Part shown: positions 19,008 through 27,700 of the stretch, in pieces
Numbering within the stretch: the first letter of the stretch is position 1
How the letters are laid out: each line of letters begins with the position of its first letter
Assembly (NCBI GenBank): GCA_031425655.1
Contig: JANPJS010000032.1
Coordinates: forward strand, 1-33,908
DNA: 33,908 bases
Direction of reading: 5' to 3'
DNA from: Abditibacteriaceae bacterium
GTDB lineage: Bacteria > Armatimonadota > Abditibacteriia > Abditibacteriales > Abditibacteriaceae
Program-made: the position numbers and the translations under genes
Notes under the pieces: model-generated
What the model was told of the DNA's origin: nothing
The model's input: the letters and a program-made list of their open reading frames with translations, nothing else
Database searches by the model: none

Positions 19008-21332
19008 ATGTCCAACGATCTCATTTTTTCTCGCCGACGTTTCACCTGCCTTTCGCCGAATTTGGTGCGCCTGGAATTTTCGCCCGACGGCGTTTTTGAA
19101 GAGCGCCGCACTCTGGTGGCTTTTGCGCCGAAAAAAGCGCTGGCTTTTGCGAAAGATTACGAAGAAAACGGCGTGCGCGTGCTTGATACCGGCACGCTGG
19201 AAATTCGCACACGCTGCGACGAAGCCGCGTTTTTTCCGTCGAATCTGGAAGCGCGCTGGAACTGCGGCGGCTTGCAGCAGTTCTGGCGGCCCGGCGACCG
19301 CGATCATCGCAATCTGGGCGGCACGCTGCGTTCGCTCGACCGTGTTGGCGACACCTTGGAAATCAGCGGCGTTCACATCGCCGACGGCGCAGCGCCCAAC
19401 GCCAAAGCCGCCGAATGGATCGCGTGGCTGCAATGCGAAGAAGACCCCGCGTATTACCAGCGCAGCCCAAATGCACCGGCCAGCGCGAACGGCGACACGG
19501 AAGGCTCGGTGCGGTTCGGGCGCGCCGACATTCTCGAACGCACGCGCAACGCCGTTTTGGATAATCTTCGCTACCCGCCGGGAGTGCTTTCGCGCAGCGG
19601 ATATTTTCTGCTCAACGATTCCGATTCGCCGCTGATAGACGATGACGGTTTCCCCGTCGCGCGCAACCGGCCCGGTTATCAGGACTGGTATCTTTTCGCT
19701 TACGGCGACGATTACAAAGCCGCTCTGCGCGATTTCGTGCTTCTCACGGGCCGCGCGCCGCTGCCGCCCAAGCACGTTTTCGGTTTGCAGTATTCGCGCT
19801 GGCCGGCGTTCGGCGAAGAAGAATCGAAGCAGATTACCGACGCCTTTCGCTCGCGCGGACTGCCGCTAAGCACTCTGATTGTGGACATGGAATGGCACCG
19901 CACCGGCTGGGGGCATTGGGATTGGAACGCCGAACTTTTCCCCGATCCGGCGCGCTATTTTAACTGGTGCCACGAAAATGATTTGGCGGTGGTTTTGAAC
20001 GATCATCCACTCGACGTGCGCGGCGACGATTCGCACTTCGAGGAGTATTCCGCCGCCGCCGGTTCGGGCGAACGCGCTCGTGAAATCGTTTATGATGGCG
20101 AGCCGATAACCGCCATTGACGTGAACATGGGCGACAAGCGCGAAGCGCAGGCGTTCGTCGAAGTCTGCCATCGCCCAATTTCCGATCTGGGCCTCGATTA
20201 CTGGTGGAACGACGGCTGCAAAGGCGTCCTCGATGGCGCGATTAATCAATTGCTGGCCAACAAATTGTTCTGGGAAGAAGTGACTACTCCCGACCGGCGC
20301 GGAATGCTGATGGCGCGCTACGGCGGTTTGGGTTCGCATCGTTACGGCGTGTTTTTCACCGGCGACACGCTTTCGTGCTGGGAAGTTCTGCGCGGGCAAT
20401 GCGAGTTCAATATCCGCGCGGGCGGCGTCGGACTGGCGTATGTGTCGCACGACATCGGCGGCTTTTATACGCGCATGGCGACGCCGCTTCTCGACCCGAC
20501 TTTGTATTTGCGATGGTTGCAATTCGGCGCTTTGAATCCGGTTTTCAAGTTTCACTCCGCGCCCGGCAGCGGCTCGCGTTTCCCGTGGGATTACGGCAAA
20601 AGTTGCGAAGAGATCGCCAATCGCTGGCTTCGCTTGCGTCATTCGTTGCAGCCGCATTTCTACACCGCAGCGCGCACGCATTACGACAGCGGTGTGCCGA
20701 TTGTGCGCGGTTTATTCCTCGACTCGCCGGGCGACGAAGCGTGCTATCGCTTCGACGAATACTTGCTCGGCGACGGCTTGCTGGTCGCGCCGGTTTTGAC
20801 TTCCAGCCCGCATCGCAGCGTGTATTTTCCTGAAGGCGATTGGTTCGAGTTTGAAAGCGCCACGATTCATCAGGGCAAGCAAGAGAAGACGATTTCGGCT
20901 TCGCTCGCCGAGTTGCCGCTTTACGTGCGTGCCGGAACGATTTTAGTGCGCCAAAACGCGGACGCGCCTGCGGCACAGAACCATATCGCCGAACTGTTGC
21001 TGGATGTTTATCCCGGCGCCGATGGCGGGGCCGAGCTGTATGAAGACGACGGGAGAACTCCGAATTACCAGAACGGCTACTTCTGCCGCACTGCGTTCAC
21101 CTTAAAAAGCGGCGCAGCGGGCGGTTTTACTCTTTCGGGTGTCGTGACGGAAGGCGAACCGCTGGCTGATGCGCGCGAAATCACGGTTCAGTTTTCGGCG
21201 TTGCAAGCTCCGCAGCGCGCTTTGCTTGCGGGGCGCGAGTTGGAGATTCAAGCCGAAAGCCCGGCGGGACGTTATTCCATTGCTTTGCCAACGATGAAGA
21301 CGACGCAAGGCTGGGAGTTGAGCGTTGAATAG
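19008..21332 (+). CDS. Glycoside hydrolase family 31 (alpha-glycosidase); no signal peptide
   Basis: LTGRAPLPP, VDMEWH, GLDYWWND (nucleophile), RYGGLGSHRY, FTGDT (acid/base), SHDIGG, RWLQFG, LLVAPV, LYEDDG. ATG 19008 preferred over TTG 18918. Confidence 0.9.
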   Translation: MSNDLIFSRRRFTCLSPNLVRLEFSPDGVFEERRTLVAFAPKKALAFAKDYEENGVRVLDTGTLEIRTRCDEAAFFPSNLEARWNCGGLQQFWRPGDRDHRNLGGTLRSLDRVGDTLEISGVHIADGAAPNAKAAEWIAWLQCEEDPAYYQRSPNAPASANGDTEGSVRFGRADILERTRNAVLDNLRYPPGVLSRSGYFLLNDSDSPLIDDDGFPVARNRPGYQDWYLFAYGDDYKAALRDFVLLTGRAPLPPKHVFGLQYSRWPAFGEEESKQITDAFRSRGLPLSTLIVDMEWHRTGWGHWDWNAELFPDPARYFNWCHENDLAVVLNDHPLDVRGDDSHFEEYSAAAGSGERAREIVYDGEPITAIDVNMGDKREAQAFVEVCHRPISDLGLDYWWNDGCKGVLDGAINQLLANKLFWEEVTTPDRRGMLMARYGGLGSHRYGVFFTGDTLSCWEVLRGQCEFNIRAGGVGLAYVSHDIGGFYTRMATPLLDPTLYLRWLQFGALNPVFKFHSAPGSGSRFPWDYGKSCEEIANRWLRLRHSLQPHFYTAARTHYDSGVPIVRGLFLDSPGDEACYRFDEYLLGDGLLVAPVLTSSPHRSVYFPEGDWFEFESATIHQGKQEKTISASLAELPLYVRAGTILVRQNADAPAAQNHIAELLLDVYPGADGGAELYEDDGRTPNYQNGYFCRTAFTLKSGAAGGFTLSGVVTEGEPLADAREITVQFSALQAPQRALLAGRELEIQAESPAGRYSIALPTMKTTQGWELSVE

Positions 21333-21380
21333 ATGGAATTTTGCCGAACAGCAGGTTTTTCGGCGATTCAATTACAAAAA

Positions 21381-21581
21381 CTCACTTTACGTGGAGGAAC
21401 CTTTGCGGCGCGCAAAAGCAAAAGAGTTTGTCATTCTGAGCGAAGTCGAAGAATCTTTTATGCGACGCTGCCACGACAAGATTCTTCGACTTCGCTCCGT
21501 TCGTGCCTCACTTCGCTCCGCTCAGAATGACAACGCTTCTTTGGTCGCTTTGCCTCGAAACGTTGTCCTGCATAAGGTGAG
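21381..21581. mobile_element. 201-bp MITE, copy 1 (CTCAC...GTGAG ends, GTCATTCTGAG REP-like core)
   Basis: Imperfect TIR CTCACTTTACG / CATAAGGTGAG; flanks ACAAAAA (21374-21380) and TCAAAAA (21582-21588), 6/7; inner 15-bp IR 21428-21442 / 21519-21533; homologous to 22915-23115. Confidence 0.85.
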
Positions 21582-21632
21582 TCAAAAAGTCCAATTCTTC
21601 TTGTATCAAAGGGGAACAGGAGGTGATTTCTA

Positions 21633-22892
21633 ATGACGGCACTTGAGTTTTCGCAGTTGCGCTACGGAATGTTCGTGCATTTCGGGCTGTTTTCCCAAAT
21701 AGGACGCGGCGAATGGGTTTTTAACCGCGAGGGCATCACGCGCGACGAATATGCTGCTTTGGCGAAACGCTTCAATCCCGAAAAATTCGACGCAGACGCG
21801 ATTTGCGATCTGGCTTTACGCGCGGGAATGAAGTATCTCGTGTTCACCACGATGCACCACGAAGGGTTTCGGCTCTACGATTCAGCGCTTTCCGATTTCA
21901 ACTCGATGAAATTTTGCGGGCGCGATTTGACCGCAGAAATTGTCGTCGCCGCGCGAAAACGCGGTTTAAAACTTGGGCTTTATCACAGCTTGAACAATTG
22001 GATGGACGCGCCCGATGCTTGCGACGCTTTGGAAAATGGCGAAGCCTACGAAGTTTTCATCGCGGCCACTTTGGCGCGTTTGGAAGAAGTTGCCCGGAAG
22101 TTTGCGCCCGATATTCTCTGGTATGACGGCTGGTGGCCGTTCGATGCAAAAGGCTGGAAAAGTGAGGCGATGAACGCCCGCCTGCGCGAAATCAGGCCGG
22201 ATTTGCTTTTCAACGGTCGCATCGGTTTGGACGGCGATTTCGCCACGCCCGAAGGCCACCTGAGTGCGCCCGATCCGTGGCGTCCGTGGGAAGCGTGCCT
22301 GACTTTAAACGAATCCTGGGGCTATCATGCCGGCGACAACGATTGGAAAAGCGACTGGCAAGTCGTTGAAATGCTGGCGACTTGCGCCAACAGGCAAGGC
22401 AATTTGCTGCTTAATATCGGGCCGCGTGGCGACGGTTCGATTCCCGAACGCTCCGTCGAAATTTTGGAAAGCGTCGGAAAGTGGCTTCAAAGACAGGACG
22501 ATGCAGTTTTTGAAAGCGATGTTTTCACTTTTGGGCCGCATGAGCGCGCCGAAAATCATCGCGCCGATTGGTGTCATTTCGGGCCGCTGACAGCGCGTGG
22601 CAACTCGCTTTTTCTGCTGGCGCGCCGCTGGCCATGCGGCGATTTCGCCCTCAATGGCCTCGAAGTCGAAGTGTTGAAAGTGGAGTTGCGCGGCGTTGGT
22701 GCGCTGTCTTTCGCCCATGCAAACGGGCGATTGGAAATTCGAGACGTGCCGCACAACTCGCCCGATGAATTGTGCGCTGTATTTGAGATTTCGTGTGCCG
22801 CGCCGCCATCGCTTCTCAACTGCGGCGGCTTGCGAATTCCCAATGTCGCTCACCCGCGCTACGATCCTGTAGCAAGCGACATCGCCTGGTAA
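21633..22892 (+). CDS. Alpha-L-fucosidase-like, glycoside hydrolase family 29; no signal peptide
   Basis: RBS GGAGG; GMFVHFGL, FNPEKFDA, AGMKY.VFTT.HHEGF.LYDS, GLYHS, DILWYDG (nucleophile), WEACLT...SWGY, GNLLLNIGP.GDG.IP. Confidence 0.92.
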   Translation: MTALEFSQLRYGMFVHFGLFSQIGRGEWVFNREGITRDEYAALAKRFNPEKFDADAICDLALRAGMKYLVFTTMHHEGFRLYDSALSDFNSMKFCGRDLTAEIVVAARKRGLKLGLYHSLNNWMDAPDACDALENGEAYEVFIAATLARLEEVARKFAPDILWYDGWWPFDAKGWKSEAMNARLREIRPDLLFNGRIGLDGDFATPEGHLSAPDPWRPWEACLTLNESWGYHAGDNDWKSDWQVVEMLATCANRQGNLLLNIGPRGDGSIPERSVEILESVGKWLQRQDDAVFESDVFTFGPHERAENHRADWCHFGPLTARGNSLFLLARRWPCGDFALNGLEVEVLKVELRGVGALSFAHANGRLEIRDVPHNSPDELCAVFEISCAAPPSLLNCGGLRIPNVAHPRYDPVASDIAW

Positions 22893-22914
22893 ATGTTGAG
22901 AAATTGCTTCAAAA

Positions 22915-23115
22915 CTCACCTTACGCAGAGGAAGCTTTACGGGGCGCAAAAGCAAAAGAGTTTGTCATTCTGAGCGGAGCGGAGTGAGGCACGAACGGAG
23001 CGAAGTCGAAGAATCTGGTCGTGGCAGCGTCGCATGAAAGATTCTTCGACTTCGCTCAGAATGACAACGCTTCTTTGGTCGCTTTGCCTCGAAACGTTGT
23101 CCTGCGTAAGGTGAG
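22915..23115. mobile_element. 201-bp MITE, copy 2 (core inverted relative to copy 1)
   Basis: Perfect 14-bp TIR CTCACCTTACGCAG (22915-22928 / 23102-23115); perfect 7-bp direct repeat TTCAAAA (22908-22914 / 23116-23122); inner IR 22962-22976 / 23053-23067. Confidence 0.88.
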
Positions 23116-23285
23116 TTCAAAAGTCCGAGTTCTAAATTCCAGAAACTCAAATTTTGTCATTTTGAGTTTCGAGGCGAAATGAACACACGGGTTTTTGAAA
23201 CCGCAATACGCATTTCTGGAGCTTGGCAGATCAAGCTCTACAAGAGACAGACGGCAGTGGCCGCAAAACAAAGGAATCAAACGAT

Positions 23286-26200
23286 ATGAAGGGAAAATTT
23301 CCTTTTCACACCCTCGCCCTGTTCGCGGCGACGACCGCCGGTTTGGGACTCACCGGCACCAACGCGAGAGCTGCGGTTGAAATAGCGCGCGGCGGCCAGA
23401 CCAAAGCCGTGATTGTCGAGAATGGCTTCAAAGATTCCGCCGCCAGCTTGCAGGAATACTTGAAGAAGATGACCGGCGCGGAGCCGCGCATCGTGGCCGA
23501 CGAAAACGCGGTTCCCGCCGGAGCGCCGCGCATCGTGCTGCAAAAAGTCGCGCGCATTGACGGCAGCAGCGACGGCGCGACGGCGCGCCAGGCGTATCGC
23601 ATTCAAACTCAGGGCAACGTTTTGCGCTTGAGCGGCGCCAGCGACAAAGCCGTTGATTACGCGGTTTGGGGCTTGCTCGAAGATCATTTGGGCTGCCGCT
23701 TTTACACGGCGCGCACCCAGTTCATGAAATATCTGGGGCCGGATTTGGAAGTCGTGCCGACGCGGGCCACGGTTTCGCTCGACAAAATCAACGATTTTCA
23801 GGAACCCGCTTTCGCCATGCGCGGTTACGTCTGGCTGGCTCCGGCACCCGACTGGAGGCGCAAAAACCGTCTGGGCGGCTACCCGAATGAACCCGTCAAT
23901 GGCAATCACAATTTCTACGGTTTTCTGCCGCCCGCGACCTACTTCGGGCCGCACCCGGAGTGGTATCCGTTGGGCCGCGACGGCCAGCGCAAGCCTCAAG
24001 ACGCCATGGGACTTTGCGCCACCAACGAGGCTTTGGCGCAAGAGATGGCCAAGCGCGTCGGCGAAAAAATGGCGACTTGGAAAGACCCTGAACAGCCGAT
24101 TGAAGTAGGCCAGGGCGACGGATTTTCCGCTTGTTTTTGTCCGGTTTGCCGCGCTCTGGTGAAGGAACAAAAATCGGAAGCCGCACCTTATATTCTGCTG
24201 CTGAATCGAGTGCTCGATTTCACGGCGAAAGAGTATCCGAAGCATCAAATCGTCACTTTCTCTTATTTCGACACGCTGAAAGTGCCGCAAACGCTCAAGC
24301 CGAATCCGCGTTTGTGGATCAACGTGGTGACGAGTTCGCTGTCGCAAAACACGGCGGGCGACCAGTTCAATTCCATCGAAGAAGTTCCGGCCAACCGCTA
24401 TTACCGCGACTCGCTCGCCGGCTGGTCGCGCGTGGCGCCGGGGCGCGTGACGGTGTGGCATTGGAACAATCCCGATCCCGGCAACGAATTGTCTTCGTGG
24501 CCTAACCTTTATTCGTTCATTAAGGACATCCGCTATTTTCAACGCGTGGGAATCGCCGGCGTCAACCCGCAAAGCGGCACCAGCGGCACCGGCGGCTGGT
24601 CGTTGGCCGAACTGCGAAGTTGGGTCTGGGCGAAGATGATGTGGAACCCGGCGCAGGACGAAAACAAACTAATTCGCCAGTTCATCGGCGATTATTACGG
24701 CCCACGCGCCGCGCCTCACGTTGACGAATATGTGCGAGCGCTGGAAGCGTGGCGCAAGGAAGCCAATTACGGGGCTTCGACGGTGCGCTGGTCGAACTGG
24801 CCGGAAACCATGCGCTTGAAAATGTTTCCGCCCTCGACGGTGGCGCGCTTGGAAGCGATTATGGATCGCGCCGAGACCGCAGCGGCGGGCGAAAAAGACC
24901 CGGCGTATTTGGATCGTCTCCAACGCACGCGCGCCACGGAAACCGATCAGATCAGCATCAACGCCGCCAAAGCTAAAGGCGGCTACGCACCGGTGGCAAC
25001 CGGCGGCAAGTTGTGGTTCGTGCCGGCGGGACAGGCCGATTTGCCCAAACGCATCGAACGCATCAAGGCGATGTATCGCTTCACCAACGGCATGGAACAT
25101 GGCTGGTTGCGGACTTCGACCTGGTTCGGCGAAAAAGCCGGCGGCCAAATCTCGCGCTTGGAGAAAAACGGCGCGCAACTCGACGCCGGTCCCACCAGGA
25201 AAGGCCAGCTCACCAGCTTTCGCCCCGGAAAAAACGCGCCGGAACTGTTCGCGCAGTCCGGCGAAGACTTCGGCTACCGCGATATGTTCACTGGCGTCAC
25301 GCAAATCTGGTCGGTCGGCGACAGCAAAGCCGACAGCGTCTCAACCGACGCCGTTTTGTCGGAGGCCTATTACGGCTATTCCGACCAGCATCATTTGCTG
25401 CGCACGGTGACGATGTCGCCGGACGGCAAAGGCTTTTCGATTGCGCGCAAATATAAGCAGGACGAGCGCGGAACCAGTTTCGGCAACGCTATCGGGCTGG
25501 ACGCGCGCTGGCAGATGGCTTTGCCGCGCATCGCAAACGCGCTCGTGACGGTGCAAAGCGGCAAGGACACCAAATACGTCGATTTTCGCAACGTGAAAGA
25601 AGGCGTTACGACGGGCAAACTCGTGGGAGAAAAACTGCCGGGCGCCGATTTTCAGAGCGTTTTAATTGAGGACATCGTGCCGGTTTCAGGCACCGAACCG
25701 GTGAAAGTCGCGGTCGCGCCGGGTGAAACGCTGACGATTGGCATTGATCGCGGCGACGGCTGGAAAACCACGCTCACGACTCCGAGCAAGGGCTGGAGCG
25801 AAGTTGTGATTCGCCCCGAACTCAAAAAAGCGATGGTCTCGATTAGCTTGACCGCTGTGCCGACGCCCATCACAGCGGGCGCTGCGCTTTCGGTTGATTT
25901 GCCGACGCAGACTGTTGCGGTGCAAACCGTGCCGCCGCTCAATCTGGCGCCGGCTTCTCAAATCGTTGTGCCGCCAACGGTTGCCATGACACAGCGCATC
26001 CGCCGCACCGGGCCGGACAGCGCCGTCAACGATACCGATGGCGCCGAGTTGGTGCGTGTTCCGGCTGGTTCGTTTCTGCGCGGCAGCAAAGCCGGCGAAG
26101 GCTCTTCCGACGAGCGCCCGCAACGCGCCATCACGCTCGACGAATTCTGGATTTACAAATATCCGGTCACCGTCGGGCAGTTTCAGGCTTACAGCAAGGC

Positions 26201-26765
26201 TAAAAGCAAAACCTACAAGAATCCGTGGGGCTTGGACGTGCAGTTCCTGCTCGATGCCAAAGCGCCGTTTGAATCTTATCCCGCGCTAACGGATTGGTAT
26301 GAAGCCGACGATTATGCGCGTTGGGCCGGCGCCGCCTTGCCGACCGAAGCGCAGTGGGAAAAAGCCGCGCGTGGCACTGACGGACGCAAATATCCGTGGG
26401 GCAACAAATGGGAGCCCGCCAATGCCGTGGGCAACGAGCGCACCATCGAACTCAACACGCCGGGCGTCTATCCGGTCGGCAGCTCGCCGCTCGGCGTCAG
26501 TCCGTATGGCGCGCAGGACATGGCCGGCAACGTCTGGGAATGGGTCGGCGATTGGTATGAACACGAATACTTCAAGACTTCGCCCGACAAAAACCCAACC
26601 GGCCCGGCCACGGGAATTTACAAAGCCCTGCGCGGCGGCGACAGCGAATATGACGAAACCTGGTCGCGCACAACCGCGCGCCACGCCAACCCGCCGCACG
26701 TCCGCGACTGGTTACGCACCGGCTTCCGACTGGCGATTCCCGCTTCATCGGTGCCAGCGAAGTAA
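23286..26765 (+). CDS. Secreted DUF4838-domain protein fused to a C-terminal FGE-sulfatase (SUMF1/C-type-lectin-fold) domain
   Basis: Signal ...TNARA-A; GH67/GH20-like N-terminal domain (LQEYLKKMTG, YAVWGLLEDHLGCRFY); GLCATN, DG...CFCPVC, WAKMMWNP...DYYG; C-terminal LPTEAQWEKAARG, YPWGN, DMAGNVWEW, RGG, GFRLA. Confidence 0.82.
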   Translation: MKGKFPFHTLALFAATTAGLGLTGTNARAAVEIARGGQTKAVIVENGFKDSAASLQEYLKKMTGAEPRIVADENAVPAGAPRIVLQKVARIDGSSDGATARQAYRIQTQGNVLRLSGASDKAVDYAVWGLLEDHLGCRFYTARTQFMKYLGPDLEVVPTRATVSLDKINDFQEPAFAMRGYVWLAPAPDWRRKNRLGGYPNEPVNGNHNFYGFLPPATYFGPHPEWYPLGRDGQRKPQDAMGLCATNEALAQEMAKRVGEKMATWKDPEQPIEVGQGDGFSACFCPVCRALVKEQKSEAAPYILLLNRVLDFTAKEYPKHQIVTFSYFDTLKVPQTLKPNPRLWINVVTSSLSQNTAGDQFNSIEEVPANRYYRDSLAGWSRVAPGRVTVWHWNNPDPGNELSSWPNLYSFIKDIRYFQRVGIAGVNPQSGTSGTGGWSLAELRSWVWAKMMWNPAQDENKLIRQFIGDYYGPRAAPHVDEYVRALEAWRKEANYGASTVRWSNWPETMRLKMFPPSTVARLEAIMDRAETAAAGEKDPAYLDRLQRTRATETDQISINAAKAKGGYAPVATGGKLWFVPAGQADLPKRIERIKAMYRFTNGMEHGWLRTSTWFGEKAGGQISRLEKNGAQLDAGPTRKGQLTSFRPGKNAPELFAQSGEDFGYRDMFTGVTQIWSVGDSKADSVSTDAVLSEAYYGYSDQHHLLRTVTMSPDGKGFSIARKYKQDERGTSFGNAIGLDARWQMALPRIANALVTVQSGKDTKYVDFRNVKEGVTTGKLVGEKLPGADFQSVLIEDIVPVSGTEPVKVAVAPGETLTIGIDRGDGWKTTLTTPSKGWSEVVIRPELKKAMVSISLTAVPTPITAGAALSVDLPTQTVAVQTVPPLNLAPASQIVVPPTVAMTQRIRRTGPDSAVNDTDGAELVRVPAGSFLRGSKAGEGSSDERPQRAITLDEFWIYKYPVTVGQFQAYSKAKSKTYKNPWGLDVQFLLDAKAPFESYPALTDWYEADDYARWAGAALPTEAQWEKAARGTDGRKYPWGNKWEPANAVGNERTIELNTPGVYPVGSSPLGVSPYGAQDMAGNVWEWVGDWYEHEYFKTSPDKNPTGPATGIYKALRGGDSEYDETWSRTTARHANPPHVRDWLRTGFRLAIPASSVPAK

Positions 26766-26804
26766 CGCGGCGCCGACCGAAAGCTTGACAATGATCAGCC
26801 AACT

Positions 26805-27629
26805 ATGAACATTTCTCCAGACAAGATCACCCGCCCGCGTCTCAACGCCGCGCAAATCGAAAGTTTTCGCAGCGAAGGATTTTTGATTTTCGATGCGCCG
26901 GTGTTTCCCGACGCGAAGTTTGCAAAGCTGAAGGCGCACTTCGAGCGCAAATTGGCGGCGCTGCCGCCCGGCGCGCGGCCCGAAGGCATGGACGTGCCGC
27001 ATTTCACCGACACCGCGCTCTTCGAGTGGCTTTTCGCCGACGAAGTGCTGGATTTGGTCGAGCCGCTCATCGGGCCGGACATCGCGCTGTTTTCGAGCCA
27101 CTTCATTTCCAAGCCGCAGGGCGATGGCCGCCGCGTGCCGTGGCACGAAGATTCGGCCTACTGGAAAGGTATGTTGGAACCGATGGAAGTGGTGACGGTG
27201 TGGCTGGCGATTGACCCTTCGCTCGAAGAAAACGGTTGCATGAAGGTCATTCCACGGACGCACTTGGAAGCGCAGAAGGGCTTTTCCGACTACGAGCCGG
27301 TGGACAGCGCGAAGAACGTATTTCCCGTCGAAATTATCAAGCCGCAGCGCGACGAATCGAAGTCGGTGCCGTGCATTTTGCAGCCGAATCAGGCCAGTTT
27401 GCACGACGGGAGGATCATGCACGGCAGCGCCGCCAATACCAGCAGCCTGCGCCGCTGCGGTTACACCATGCGCTATATCAGCAGCGCGGTGCGACTTTCC
27501 GAAAAAAGCCGCGAACACCACCAAATTTATTTAGCGCGTGGCCGCGACCTCGCCGGACAAAGCTACGGCGACCCGTCCCAAACCGCCGCGTGGCTGATGG
27601 AACGCCGCAGCGGCAAACGAGGGCATTGA
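26805..27629 (+). CDS. PhyH-family Fe(II)/2-oxoglutarate dioxygenase
   Basis: FRSEGF, LIGPDI, VPWHED (HxD), VWLAID...ENGCMKVIP.TH, IMHGSAANTS..RR. Confidence 0.92.
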   Translation: MNISPDKITRPRLNAAQIESFRSEGFLIFDAPVFPDAKFAKLKAHFERKLAALPPGARPEGMDVPHFTDTALFEWLFADEVLDLVEPLIGPDIALFSSHFISKPQGDGRRVPWHEDSAYWKGMLEPMEVVTVWLAIDPSLEENGCMKVIPRTHLEAQKGFSDYEPVDSAKNVFPVEIIKPQRDESKSVPCILQPNQASLHDGRIMHGSAANTSSLRRCGYTMRYISSAVRLSEKSREHHQIYLARGRDLAGQSYGDPSQTAAWLMERRSGKRGH

Positions 27630-27700
27630 GAGTTCGATGGGCAGAAAAATGTTGGGCGGAAATGACCTGCCCCGGCAAATAATTTGAAAAACGATTTTGA

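Noticed and set aside
21381..23115. Composite transposon carrying GH29
   Set aside because: Each copy has its own flanking duplication and the outermost flanks (ACAAAAA vs TTCAAAA) do not match. No transposase is present.
21325..23150. Short ORFs 21325..21633, 21333..21530, 22793..22987, 22965..23150
   Set aside because: They are translations of the palindromic MITEs, and their mutual similarity is explained by the repeat.
26037..26765. Diversity-generating retroelement target (FGE/C-type-lectin C-terminus)
   Set aside because: No reverse transcriptase and no second near-copy of the 3' region differing at adenines was seen in the window. A remote template cannot be excluded.
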